DNA from: an uncultured Flavobacteriaceae bacterium
Lineage (GTDB): Bacteria; Bacteroidota; Bacteroidia; Flavobacteriales; Flavobacteriaceae
Direction: 5' to 3'
Length of the DNA: 64,000 bases
Assembly: GCA_964418645.1 (NCBI GenBank)
Contig: CAYQME010000002.1
Coordinates: 385 to 64,384, forward strand
The notes under the pieces are model-generated. The model did no database searches. It was not told the origin of the DNA and worked only from the letters and a program-made list of their open reading frames with translations. Within the stretch, counting starts at the first letter, position 1. Every line of letters begins with the position of its first letter. Of the stretch, positions 48,723 to 57,998 are shown one piece after another. Both the position numbers and the translations under genes were made by a program.

Positions 48723-49790
48723 TTACCTTGGAATTTCAACTGCTTCAATAATTTGTTTTATAATTTGCTTTGTAGTAACACCTTCCATTTCACGCTCAGG
48801 TGTAACGATAACACGGTGTTGCAATACAGGAATTGCTGCTTGCTTAATATCTTCAGGGGTTACAAAATCGCGACCATCGATAGCTGCAAAGGCTTTACTA
48901 GCTTTTAATATAGCAATGGATGCTCTTGGTGAAGCACCAAGATATAAAAATGGATTGTTACGTGTATTTACAATAATATCAGCAATATATTTTACCAAAT
49001 GCGACTCTATTAAAACTTGATTTACCAAAGCTTGAAATTTCTCAATTTGAGATTTGCTTAAGTGTGCCGTAACTTGATCGGTTTTTACGCCACCTTGTAA
49101 TACTTGCTCTCGATTAATAATTTCTATTTCCTCTTCTAGGCTTGGATAATCAATATCTATTTTAAACAAAAAACGGTCTAATTGTGCTTCTGGTAAACGA
49201 TAGGTACCTTCTTGTTCTATTGGGTTTTGTGTTGCCAACACAATAAAAGGCAAGTCCATCATATACTTATGACCATCAATTGTAATTTGGCGTTCTTCCA
49301 TAACTTCAAACAATGCAGCTTGTGTTTTTGCTGGTGCACGATTGATTTCATCTATGAGAATCATATTTGAAAAAATGGGACCTTTTTTAAAATCGAACTC
49401 GGTAGTTTTTAAATTAAAAACGGAGGTTCCTAAAATATCACTTGGCATTAAATCGGGTGTAAATTGTATGCGACTAAAACCAATGTTTAGGGACTTTGCT
49501 AATAGTTTAGCTGAAATTGTTTTGGCAACTCCAGGAACACCTTCTATAAGCGAATGCCCATTGGCTAAAATAGAAGCGATGAGCATATCTATCATGCTTT
49601 CTTGTCCCACAATAACTTTACTTATCTCATCTCTAATAAGTGTAACGCCTTGTTGCAACTCACTTAAATCAATGCGGTTTTTAAAGTTAATATCATGCTC
49701 AGAAGCTTGTGTTTCTTTAGGTTGTTTGCTTTCATTACTTTGAGACTCTTGGTTTAGGTTGTCGTTTTTTTTGTCGTCTAAATTCTCCAT
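48723..49790 (-). CDS. MoxR-family AAA+ ATPase
   Basis: Walker A GVPGVAKT, Walker B ILIDEINRA, VLATQNPIEQEGTYRLPEAQLDRF, and an unstructured polar N-terminus. Confidence 0.9.
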   Translation of the reverse strand: MENLDDKKNDNLNQESQSNESKQPKETQASEHDINFKNRIDLSELQQGVTLIRDEISKVIVGQESMIDMLIASILANGHSLIEGVPGVAKTISAKLLAKSLNIGFSRIQFTPDLMPSDILGTSVFNLKTTEFDFKKGPIFSNMILIDEINRAPAKTQAALFEVMEERQITIDGHKYMMDLPFIVLATQNPIEQEGTYRLPEAQLDRFLFKIDIDYPSLEEEIEIINREQVLQGGVKTDQVTAHLSKSQIEKFQALVNQVLIESHLVKYIADIIVNTRNNPFLYLGASPRASIAILKASKAFAAIDGRDFVTPEDIKQAAIPVLQHRVIVTPEREMEGVTTKQIIKQIIEAVEIPR

Positions 49791-49793
49791 ATG

Positions 49794-50990
49794 TTATGTG
49801 GTATAAAAATCTTCTATTAATTTATTCAATCGTAATAAATCATCCTCATTACAAATTTGTTTTGCCTTTAAATGCACAATAAGGTTAATTAATTTTTTTA
49901 ACGCGCTTATATCATGTCCTGATTTAAGCGCTAGTGTTTTTACAAATTTTTCATCTAAAACATGTGTGTCTAAAACATAGTTACGACGTAAATGTTCTAA
50001 GAAAAAAGTAATCTTTTTGTCTACTATTGTATTGTGGTCTTTAGTTTCGTAGTATAAATTGCCAATAGTTTTAGTAAATGCAACGGTTGTGTTTTGTACA
50101 GGTTTAATAACCTTTACAACACGTTGTTTACGTTTTGCATTAAAAACTATAAAAACAATTAAGGACAAGAGTGCTAAAAACCAAGCCCATTTTAAAGCAG
50201 GTTGACTAAGAATATATCGTAAAGGTGATGTGCCTAACCCGTTTCTTGTTTTGTTTTGAGAATCAAAGAAAATAGTGTCATCAGGTAAATACGATAGTAT
50301 TGCTGAGGCATATTTTTTGTTATTCTTTTTTAGCAGTGTATAATTGGTAAACGCAATAGGTTGCAAATGCAAATAGATATTTCCTTGCCCATAATTTACT
50401 TTTACAAAATTTATATGTGGTATACTATCAAAATTTTGATAGCCTAAAACTGTTGTGGTTGTTGAATCGAGTTTAGAAAAATAGATATCACTCAATCCTT
50501 TTTCAATAGTAATAGAATCACTTTTAAATAATGGATTTGCTAAACTAAAATTGGCTTTTCCTGAAAAACCGTAGTCATTATTGGTATCAAAAAATAAAGA
50601 GTCTTTAAATTTTTGTGGAAAATAATCGGTTGATATAAAGAGGGTATTACCAAACGAAACAAAATCCATAAGTTCTTGAGCAGAAACATCATCTATATTG
50701 GCATAATTATCAATGTATATATAAGTACCTGTGGTTAAATAGGTAGAGTCTTCCCAATCGTAAAACTCATCAAAATATTCATAAGGCGTTACTCTAATAT
50801 CTTGAATCTTACTTTTAGGAAACAACGATTCTAATTCATTATATAATACAAAGGTGCCATACGGAATTTTATGTTTTTCATTATAGGTCTGTGACCAATT
50901 AATAGGCTTGGGTTTAGAAAACTCAATAGCAATAGCACCTGCAAAAAGTAGTAGTAAAAAAACAATATAAATTTTTATGGTTTTGTTCAT
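49794..50990 (-). CDS. DUF4350-like protein (N-terminal TM, extracytoplasmic domain, second TM)
   Basis: N-terminus KPKPINWSQTYNEKHKIPYGTFVLYNELESLFP resembles DUF4350. ATGA overlap with the upstream gene. Confidence 0.65.
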   Translation of the reverse strand: MNKTIKIYIVFLLLLFAGAIAIEFSKPKPINWSQTYNEKHKIPYGTFVLYNELESLFPKSKIQDIRVTPYEYFDEFYDWEDSTYLTTGTYIYIDNYANIDDVSAQELMDFVSFGNTLFISTDYFPQKFKDSLFFDTNNDYGFSGKANFSLANPLFKSDSITIEKGLSDIYFSKLDSTTTTVLGYQNFDSIPHINFVKVNYGQGNIYLHLQPIAFTNYTLLKKNNKKYASAILSYLPDDTIFFDSQNKTRNGLGTSPLRYILSQPALKWAWFLALLSLIVFIVFNAKRKQRVVKVIKPVQNTTVAFTKTIGNLYYETKDHNTIVDKKITFFLEHLRRNYVLDTHVLDEKFVKTLALKSGHDISALKKLINLIVHLKAKQICNEDDLLRLNKLIEDFYTT

Positions 50991-51748
50991 GCTTTTATAG
51001 TGTCTAAAAAATTAATAAATGCATGTTTGGCTTTGCTGAATTGTTCTTTATTCACATCAAATTCACCATACCATATATAATTGTAAAGATATGAAGTGTA
51101 TGAAAACTCTTCTTTAATAACTTTGGAAGTTATTTCATTTTGGTAATCGCTATTGGTTTTTTCTACATCGTATTCTATAAGCTCTTCCTGAGTTAATTGT
51201 TTGAGCAACCAGAGGTAATAATACCGAATTGCCAACCTGTAATTATTATTAGTTTCGGCTTCTGAGATAAGTGCTTTAAAATTGGAAGCATGAATATTAT
51301 TTTCAATACCTGTTACAGGAATAATGCTTTTATCGGACGATTTTCCAAATACCCAAGTACCTTCTTTGTTTACAACCGCTCTGAAAATAAAATAGATAAC
51401 CAGTAGAAATAGGATTACTCCAGCTGTTTTAATAGCAATATCTGTAGCGTTTGATGCTTGTCCTTCATCTGTTAGGTTAAATAAGCGTTTAAAAAAATCA
51501 CTCAACCATTGTTTAAAGCGTGACCACCATCCAGAATTTTCAACGGTTCTTTCGTAGATAAAATCCTCGCCAGCATACTTATCTTGTAAATTTTCGAAAT
51601 AACGAGGCGAAATAGTTGAATGATCTACTTGTAGTGAGTCGCTAATGGTTTGAAATACCATTGTATTAGTTGTATGTACTTCAGCATGAGAATTAAGTGA
51701 GATGCCAATACAAAAAAGAATGATATGTAATCCATTCATTTTACTCAC
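50987..51748 (-). CDS. DUF4129-like protein
   Basis: Signal or TM segment, a central TM, and a C-terminal helical region NNYRLAIRYYYLWLLKQLTQEELIEYDVEKTNSDY resembling DUF4129. Confidence 0.65.
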   Translation of the reverse strand: MSKMNGLHIILFCIGISLNSHAEVHTTNTMVFQTISDSLQVDHSTISPRYFENLQDKYAGEDFIYERTVENSGWWSRFKQWLSDFFKRLFNLTDEGQASNATDIAIKTAGVILFLLVIYFIFRAVVNKEGTWVFGKSSDKSIIPVTGIENNIHASNFKALISEAETNNNYRLAIRYYYLWLLKQLTQEELIEYDVEKTNSDYQNEITSKVIKEEFSYTSYLYNYIWYGEFDVNKEQFSKAKHAFINFLDTIKA

Positions 51749-52679
51749 CTGAGCCTATTTGGTCTATAATACTTTTAGTATTTATGTTTTCTTGGTCTTC
51801 TTTTAAACTGTAAAACACAATACCCTGATTGAGTTGTACAATATTGTTAAGTATAGAACCAACAATAAAAGTTATAAAAAATACGATTAGCATAATAACC
51901 ATCATTGTACCACCAATATCTTGAGACGTTGTAGAACCACTATCAATGGTTGTAAATATGCTTGCCATTCCAAAAATATACGGAATAATAGTAATAACAT
52001 TTTGCACAATATAACTCATTAAAAAGAACAACCCTACACTTCCAACAGCAGCCCAAAATTTTGAAGTGAGTAATGTCCATGCATATCCAAAACTGTCCCA
52101 AATTCCTTTTTTGTTTTCGATATATTCCATAAGTGTCATATTATAAAATAAAGATAGAGCACCAATAACTAGAGGCAATAGAAGAAAGCCTATAATGGTT
52201 ATTGCTAACACAAACATGACAATGCCAGAAACTATTAAAATTGGGAAAGCAATAAGTAAACCACATAACAGAAAAATAAATAGTTTACCAATATTGACTT
52301 TGTAACTCTCTATTATTACTTTGGTGTTAAAGTAAGAGCCTTTGTTTTCAATGTACAATTTTAAATAAATTGCTGTATAAGCATATGAAATAAGACCAGC
52401 AATAAGTCCGACGATTAAAAATACAAATAATAAAAGCACGAATAATCGCAAATTGTCATTCATATAATCATCCATAGCATTTGGGTTATTTTGTAGGATG
52501 ACACCAAAGAGTAGCTCAGAATAAAACTTGGTAAAAAAGTAACCTAGTACCATTAGAATCATTAAAAAGATACCGTTTACTATAAAGTAATGTTTAAAAT
52601 AATGCTTTCCGTTTTGCTTTAAAAATGCAAAAGTATCTTGAAAAAAAGCACTAAAATCTCTGGATTTATATAATTGCAT
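51741..52679 (-). CDS. Polytopic membrane protein of unknown function
   Basis: 312 aa with about 6-7 TM helices. Overlaps both neighbours (8 bp and 14 bp). Confidence 0.55.
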   Translation of the reverse strand: MQLYKSRDFSAFFQDTFAFLKQNGKHYFKHYFIVNGIFLMILMVLGYFFTKFYSELLFGVILQNNPNAMDDYMNDNLRLFVLLLFVFLIVGLIAGLISYAYTAIYLKLYIENKGSYFNTKVIIESYKVNIGKLFIFLLCGLLIAFPILIVSGIVMFVLAITIIGFLLLPLVIGALSLFYNMTLMEYIENKKGIWDSFGYAWTLLTSKFWAAVGSVGLFFLMSYIVQNVITIIPYIFGMASIFTTIDSGSTTSQDIGGTMMVIMLIVFFITFIVGSILNNIVQLNQGIVFYSLKEDQENINTKSIIDQIGSGE

Positions 52680-53643
52680 AGGCTTGTTTTAATTTTTTGT
52701 TCAGTATAAAGGGGTAAACTAAATAGTAAAATGAAATGAGACTAAGGGTTAATAAAATGATGCCAACCGAAAGCCAATTGTGCATTGTATTAGAGTACCG
52801 TGTTACATAACCTTCTAAAAAGCCAGCGGCAAATGTAAATGGAAATGTACTTATTAATATCTTTACACCATCTTTCATTCCCATTTTAAAGGAGGTCATT
52901 CTAGAAAACGTTTTTGGAAATAAAATACTAGCCCCTAAAATTAAACCTGCAGCACCTTCAATAACAATAGCAAAAATTTCCATGGCACCATGAATCCAAA
53001 TACCTCTAACACTTTCCCAAAGGACACCTTCGGTATAAAAAAAGTATTGAAAAGCACCTAACATAATTCCATTTCGAAGTAATAAATAACCTGTGCCTAT
53101 GCCTCCAAAAACACCATATATAAAAGACAGTAAACCAACATATAAATTGTTTAATGTAATACCAAAAAAGCTTCCCCAATTGCTACCACTTTTATAAACT
53201 GCTACTGGATCTCCAGCTTCTATATTCTCAAGGGTCATATTTATATAGTCATCGCCTAAAATTAAGCGTACAAACGAATCATCAAAAGCTGCCGATAGTG
53301 CACCTATAGCAACAAATGCAACAAAAATTAAAAATGCATAAAGTACATAACGTCTATAATTATACACAATTAATGGGACTTCAATCTTCCAAAAGTGCAC
53401 AAATCGGTTAGTGTCTTCACGTTTAGTTTTATATATTTTTTGAAAAGCTTTTGCTGCTAAGTTGTTTAAATAAAGAATAGTTTTACTTTTGGAATAGTAA
53501 GTTTGAGCGTAAGACAAATCATTTACTAAGTGTACGTAAAGCGAAGCGAGTTGGTCTGGGTTTTTTAAAGTTTTTCCAAAAATAGCTTTTTCAAAATTCA
53601 GCCATTTTTCTTTGTTTTGTTTAATAAATGCAACTTCTCTCAT
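52666..53643 (-). CDS. SpoIIM-like (DUF95) membrane protein
   Basis: Starts MREVAFIKQNKEKWLNFEK, with a C-terminal polytopic region (HGAMEIFAIVIEGAAG). The first ATG of the track ORF is 6 nt further upstream, at 53649. Confidence 0.7.
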   Translation of the reverse strand: MREVAFIKQNKEKWLNFEKAIFGKTLKNPDQLASLYVHLVNDLSYAQTYYSKSKTILYLNNLAAKAFQKIYKTKREDTNRFVHFWKIEVPLIVYNYRRYVLYAFLIFVAFVAIGALSAAFDDSFVRLILGDDYINMTLENIEAGDPVAVYKSGSNWGSFFGITLNNLYVGLLSFIYGVFGGIGTGYLLLRNGIMLGAFQYFFYTEGVLWESVRGIWIHGAMEIFAIVIEGAAGLILGASILFPKTFSRMTSFKMGMKDGVKILISTFPFTFAAGFLEGYVTRYSNTMHNWLSVGIILLTLSLISFYYLVYPFILNKKLKQAYAII

Positions 53644-53666
53644 ACACATTCAAATTAAAACAATTA

Positions 53667-54413
53667 ATGGTAGAGTTACAAATAAATACCACTCAAAATG
53701 TAAATATAAATTTTACAGCAGCAAGTGTTGGAGAACGTATTTTGGCATATGTTATTGATTGGATAATAAAGATTGCTTATGCGATTGTTATTTACCAAAT
53801 TATGTTTAAGCTATTTCAAATAGACGATCTTGTTATGGATATGGATTATTGGTCGCAAATGGCTATTTATGTTGTGTTTTATTTACCTGCGATGTTTTAT
53901 ACATTAATTTTTGAAACTATACTTGACGGACAAACAATTGGGAAACGTATTATAAAGATTAAAGTGGTAAAAATTGATGGGTATCAAGCGTCTTTATCAG
54001 ATTTTGTAATTCGTTGGTTTTTTAGAATTATAGATTTAAATATGATGAGTGGCGTTGTTGCTTTAATAGCAATAATTGCAAGCTCTAAAAACCAAAGGTT
54101 GGGAGATATGACCGCAGGGACATCGGTAATTGCATTAAAGAATAAAGTAAATATTAACCACACTATTTTAGAAGATTTAAAAACAGATTATATGCCAACA
54201 TACCCCAATGTTATTAAATTAACGGATAATGATGCTCGAATTATTAAAGATACCTTTACTACGGCAAGAGCTACAAGAGATTACCAAACACTTATTAAAC
54301 TCAGAAATAAGATTAAAGAAGTCGTAGAGATTAAAGCCGTTAAACAGATTAACGACGTAGAGTTTATTGATACCATTTTAAAAGATTATAATTATTATAC
54401 ACAGAATATGTAA
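53667..54413 (+). CDS. RDD family membrane protein
   Basis: From MVELQINTTQ. RDD signature residues in GERILAYVIDWII, DGQTIGKRIIKIKVV and NQRLGDMTAGTSV, plus a soluble C-terminal domain. Confidence 0.75.
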   Translation: MVELQINTTQNVNINFTAASVGERILAYVIDWIIKIAYAIVIYQIMFKLFQIDDLVMDMDYWSQMAIYVVFYLPAMFYTLIFETILDGQTIGKRIIKIKVVKIDGYQASLSDFVIRWFFRIIDLNMMSGVVALIAIIASSKNQRLGDMTAGTSVIALKNKVNINHTILEDLKTDYMPTYPNVIKLTDNDARIIKDTFTTARATRDYQTLIKLRNKIKEVVEIKAVKQINDVEFIDTILKDYNYYTQNM

Positions 54414-54501
54414 ATAGAGAACCAATTTTGTGTAGCAAAATGGAGTGAATCACTTAATATTAACTTACTGAAGAAATTTAAACGAAATTATTTAGAAAAT
54501 C

Positions 54502-55107
54502 ATGTTTTATACCATTGATATATTAGGAACCATTGCCTTTGCTATTTCAGGAGTACTTGTTGCAATTAATAAAAAAATGGATCCTTTTGGTATCCTCATC
54601 ATTGCTTTTGTAACTGCTGTTGGTGGTGGAACATTGCGTGATATTTTAATTGGTAGAACTCCAGTAAGTTGGATGGAGGATATGACCTTTACTTATGTTA
54701 TTATTGCATCGGTAATTTTTGCAGTAATTTTTAGAAACAAGATTAATTATTTACGAACGTCTTTGTTTTTGTTTGATACTATTGGAATTGGTTTATATAC
54801 AGTTGTTGGTATTGAAAAGGGTATTAATGCGGAATTACATCCAATAATCTCTATTGCATTAGGAACTATTTCTGCATGTTTTGGTGGTGTAATTCGCGAT
54901 ATATTATGTAATGAAATTCCCGTAATTTTTAGGAAGGAAGTATATGCTACGGCTTGTATTTTAGGCGGTATATCTTATTTTTTACTTCGGAAATTACCAA
55001 TTGATTCAAATGTGGTGTTTGCTATTGCTGGAGGTATTGTAATTGTGGTGAGATTATTAGCAGTTAAGTTTAAAATTGCATTGCCGAGTGTTTATAAAGA
55101 AAATTAA
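54502..55107 (+). CDS. Trimeric intracellular cation channel-like (UPF0126/YadS) membrane protein
   Basis: Two internal repeats, each with a glycine motif (VGGGTLRD and FGGVIRD). Confidence 0.75.
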   Translation: MFYTIDILGTIAFAISGVLVAINKKMDPFGILIIAFVTAVGGGTLRDILIGRTPVSWMEDMTFTYVIIASVIFAVIFRNKINYLRTSLFLFDTIGIGLYTVVGIEKGINAELHPIISIALGTISACFGGVIRDILCNEIPVIFRKEVYATACILGGISYFLLRKLPIDSNVVFAIAGGIVIVVRLLAVKFKIALPSVYKEN

Positions 55108-55844
55108 TCAATAATCTCCACTTTTCTTATATAAATATTCTCAAGTGGCCAATCGGCTTCGTCTGTATTAACAGCTGCAATCTTATCAATAACGTCCATG
55201 CCTTTGGTTACTTTTCCAAAAATAGTATAATCTCCATCTAAAAAATGTGAACCACCACGTTGTTGTACAATAAAAAACTCAAATGGTGACGCGAGTTTAT
55301 AAGGGTTATCAATTTCTCCACTAGGCATACTTATTACACCTCTATCATGTTTGTAACCTCGTTTTGTGTCGGTAGGTAATAAGTATTTTCCAATTTTCGC
55401 TCGTTTTCTGGCTGTCGCCTTAGTATCACTATTTCCAGCCTGAACCATAAAATTATTAATAACTCTGTAAAATTGAGTGTTATCAAAGTAATGTTGTTTG
55501 GTTAAAAAGATAAAATTTGCTCTATGGAATTTGGTCTTATCAAAGAGTAAAATATCAATGTTACCAAAATCTGTGTATATGCGTACTTTATTTTCTTTGT
55601 TATGCTTTTCGTATTCCAAAAAGAAATCCATAGCATTTTTACTATTTAATACAGGGAATTCTCTTTTAGGCATTTCAGTTATAACTTTTTTTTTAATGGA
55701 TTTAGCTTTTATTTCAGTTTGAACTGGAGTAGGTAATTTTTTCTGTTCAGATTTTTTATCTTCACAGTTCATAAAAAGTACAACACAAAAAAATAATAAG
55801 ACTCTCATAAATGAATTTTGATAAGTTTTTAATATCGATTTCAA
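55104..55844 (-). CDS. Cyclophilin-type peptidyl-prolyl isomerase lipoprotein
   Basis: Lipobox FMNC; FYRVINNFMVQAGN, ISMPSGE and TIFGKV. The alternative start at 55808 (MRVLLFF) would remove the overlap with the divergent gene. Confidence 0.85.
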   Translation of the reverse strand: MKSILKTYQNSFMRVLLFFCVVLFMNCEDKKSEQKKLPTPVQTEIKAKSIKKKVITEMPKREFPVLNSKNAMDFFLEYEKHNKENKVRIYTDFGNIDILLFDKTKFHRANFIFLTKQHYFDNTQFYRVINNFMVQAGNSDTKATARKRAKIGKYLLPTDTKRGYKHDRGVISMPSGEIDNPYKLASPFEFFIVQQRGGSHFLDGDYTIFGKVTKGMDVIDKIAAVNTDEADWPLENIYIRKVEIID

Positions 55845-56452
55845 AAATAAAGAATATCCCGCTACCAGCAGAAGCTTCGCAATTTAAAATGTCGCCTCCC
55901 TTTAGAAAAGAACTGATTAATATGAATAAAGAAGCTATAAAAACAGCTAAAAAAGCAGGAGTAATGGCATTGTTTTATCCAGATAATAAGCAACAAACAG
56001 CATTAGTTTTAATTTTGCGCAAAACATATAATGGTGTTCATTCTGCTCAGATAGGGTTTCCTGGAGGAAAGCTAGAAGCCCAAGACGATTCTCTTAAAAC
56101 AGCTGCGGTTAGAGAGACTTTTGAAGAAATAGGTGTTCCTATTCAGGATATTGAAGTATTGCAGCAACTTACCCAAGTTTATATTCCACCAAGTAATTTT
56201 TATGTGCAACCCTTTATTGGGATATCAAGGGTGACACCATCGTTTGTAAAGCAAGCTGATGAAGTTGAAGACATTATTGAGGTATCTTTAAAACATTTTA
56301 TGGACGATGATACTCATATAAACAAATGGGTAGAGACATCGTATAGTATTAATGTTGAGGTTCCTGCTTTTAAGTTAAATGAGCATGTAGTTTGGGGAGC
56401 AACAGCCATGATACTTAGCGAAATCAAAGACTTGTTAAAACAAATGCTCTAG
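55811..56452 (+). CDS. NUDIX hydrolase (CoA pyrophosphatase type)
   Basis: Nudix box GGKLEAQDDSLKTAAVRETFEEIGV. The upstream conserved LP..A..FKMSP..R region argues for the long N-terminus. Confidence 0.8.
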   Translation: MNFDKFLISISKIKNIPLPAEASQFKMSPPFRKELINMNKEAIKTAKKAGVMALFYPDNKQQTALVLILRKTYNGVHSAQIGFPGGKLEAQDDSLKTAAVRETFEEIGVPIQDIEVLQQLTQVYIPPSNFYVQPFIGISRVTPSFVKQADEVEDIIEVSLKHFMDDDTHINKWVETSYSINVEVPAFKLNEHVVWGATAMILSEIKDLLKQML

Positions 56453-56466
56453 TTTGTAAGTTTTGT

Positions 56467-56474
56467 TAAATTTG
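56467..56474 (+). promoter_or_regulatory. Candidate -7 promoter box (TAAATTTG) for the acyltransferase gene
   Basis: Exact TAnnTTTG match, 34 bp upstream of the ATG at 56508. Confidence 0.4.
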
Positions 56475-56507
56475 CAAGCACTAACTATATAAATAATTTT
56501 AAGTTTT

Positions 56508-57305
56508 ATGGGATTATTTAAAAAAAATCCTTTTGGGCATAAATTGTTCTTAAAAAAATGGCTGATAAGAATTATGGGTGTAATTACCCATAAACGCTTT
56601 AGAGGTTTTAATGAATTACAAATAGAAGGTTCGGAGATTATTAAAAATCTACCAGACACTAATGTGTTGTTTATTTCAAATCATCAAACTTATTTTGCCG
56701 ACGTCGTTTCCATGTTTCATGTTTTTAATGCCAGTTTATGTGGTCGTGTAGATTCTATAAAAAATGTTGGCTATCTGTGGAATCCAAAACTCAATATTTA
56801 TTATGTTGCGGCTAAGGAGACTATGAAATCTGGCTTATTACCAAAAATTATGGCTTATGCAGGTTCTATTAGTATTGAACGTACTTGGAGGGCTGAAGGT
56901 AAAGATGTAAAAAGGCAAGTGAAAATGAGTGATATTACTAATATTTCTAAAGCACTTGATGATGGTTGGGTAATCACATTTCCTCAAGGTACTACAACTC
57001 CTTTTAAGCCTATTAGAAAGGGTACAGCACATATTATTAAACGCTACAAACCCATAGTTGTACCTATTGTAATTGACGGATTTCGACGCTCGTTTGATAA
57101 AAAGGGATTGCGTATTAAAAAGAAAAATATTTTGCAATCTTTTGAAATAAAGAAGCCTTTAGAAATTGACTACGATAATGAGACTACTGAACAGATTGTT
57201 GAAAAGATAGAATATGCCATTGAGCAACATCCTTCATTTTTAAAAGTAATCTCTAAAAAAGAGTTACAAGTTGAGGAGGAGCTTAACCAAGAAAGAAGAT
57301 GGTGA
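56508..57305 (+). CDS. Lysophospholipid (1-acyl-sn-glycerol-3-phosphate-type) acyltransferase
   Basis: SNHQTYFAD acyltransferase motif and FPQGTT second motif. Confidence 0.7.
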   Translation: MGLFKKNPFGHKLFLKKWLIRIMGVITHKRFRGFNELQIEGSEIIKNLPDTNVLFISNHQTYFADVVSMFHVFNASLCGRVDSIKNVGYLWNPKLNIYYVAAKETMKSGLLPKIMAYAGSISIERTWRAEGKDVKRQVKMSDITNISKALDDGWVITFPQGTTTPFKPIRKGTAHIIKRYKPIVVPIVIDGFRRSFDKKGLRIKKKNILQSFEIKKPLEIDYDNETTEQIVEKIEYAIEQHPSFLKVISKKELQVEEELNQERRW

Positions 57306-57352
57306 TTTTTTTAAAGTTAAAAGTTAAATTAGAAATTCATCTAGCCATTTAA

Positions 57353-57994
57353 CTACATTTCTAATTTCTTAAGTTCACGATAATTTTTGTTTAGGCGTTT
57401 AAGTAAAATTCCATAGATTAAGTAGTAAAAGCCAAGAAATAAAATTATCATTATTCCCAAAACCAATAAGGTCGTTAAAATTGTAACTGCATAAAATTTA
57501 AATAATTCTCCGTTAGAAGCTGCTTTGTCTATTAACGATACAATCTGTTCATCTTTATTAAATTGAATACCTAAAGCTACAAATGTTGAAATAAAAAGAA
57601 AAATGAGATTAAAGGCAACATATTGTTTTACTGTTCGCCTTGTTTTTAGTATTTTTTCCATTAATTTTTTAGCATTGTCAGTAACCGAAATTGTGCGATA
57701 ATTCATAAAGAATTTATAGAAGAAATAGGCTAATATTGCGTAACCAAGAATAGTAAGAGGTATCATAATGTTTTCGGCATTATAACTTTCAAACCGTTCC
57801 ATTACTTCAGTATCCTTAAGCGCAAATGAGATGAATCCCCAAAAAACAAACTCTAAAAGGCTAATAATAAAAATCCACTTCACAATAGAAGACGATTTTT
57901 TTAAGATCATCTTATAAATATCATTATAAGATAACTTAGGATATTCCTTATCGTTCTTTTGCCAATCTTTCTTTAATAATTCTAATTCATCCAT
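57353..57994 (-). CDS. Hypothetical 4-TM membrane protein downstream of an ECF sigma factor (possible anti-sigma)
   Basis: 213 aa, 4 bp after the sigma gene. It has a cytoplasmic N-terminus but no HxxxCxxC motif. Confidence 0.45.
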   Translation of the reverse strand: MDELELLKKDWQKNDKEYPKLSYNDIYKMILKKSSSIVKWIFIISLLEFVFWGFISFALKDTEVMERFESYNAENIMIPLTILGYAILAYFFYKFFMNYRTISVTDNAKKLMEKILKTRRTVKQYVAFNLIFLFISTFVALGIQFNKDEQIVSLIDKAASNGELFKFYAVTILTTLLVLGIMIILFLGFYYLIYGILLKRLNKNYRELKKLEM

Positions 57995-57998
57995 AGTT

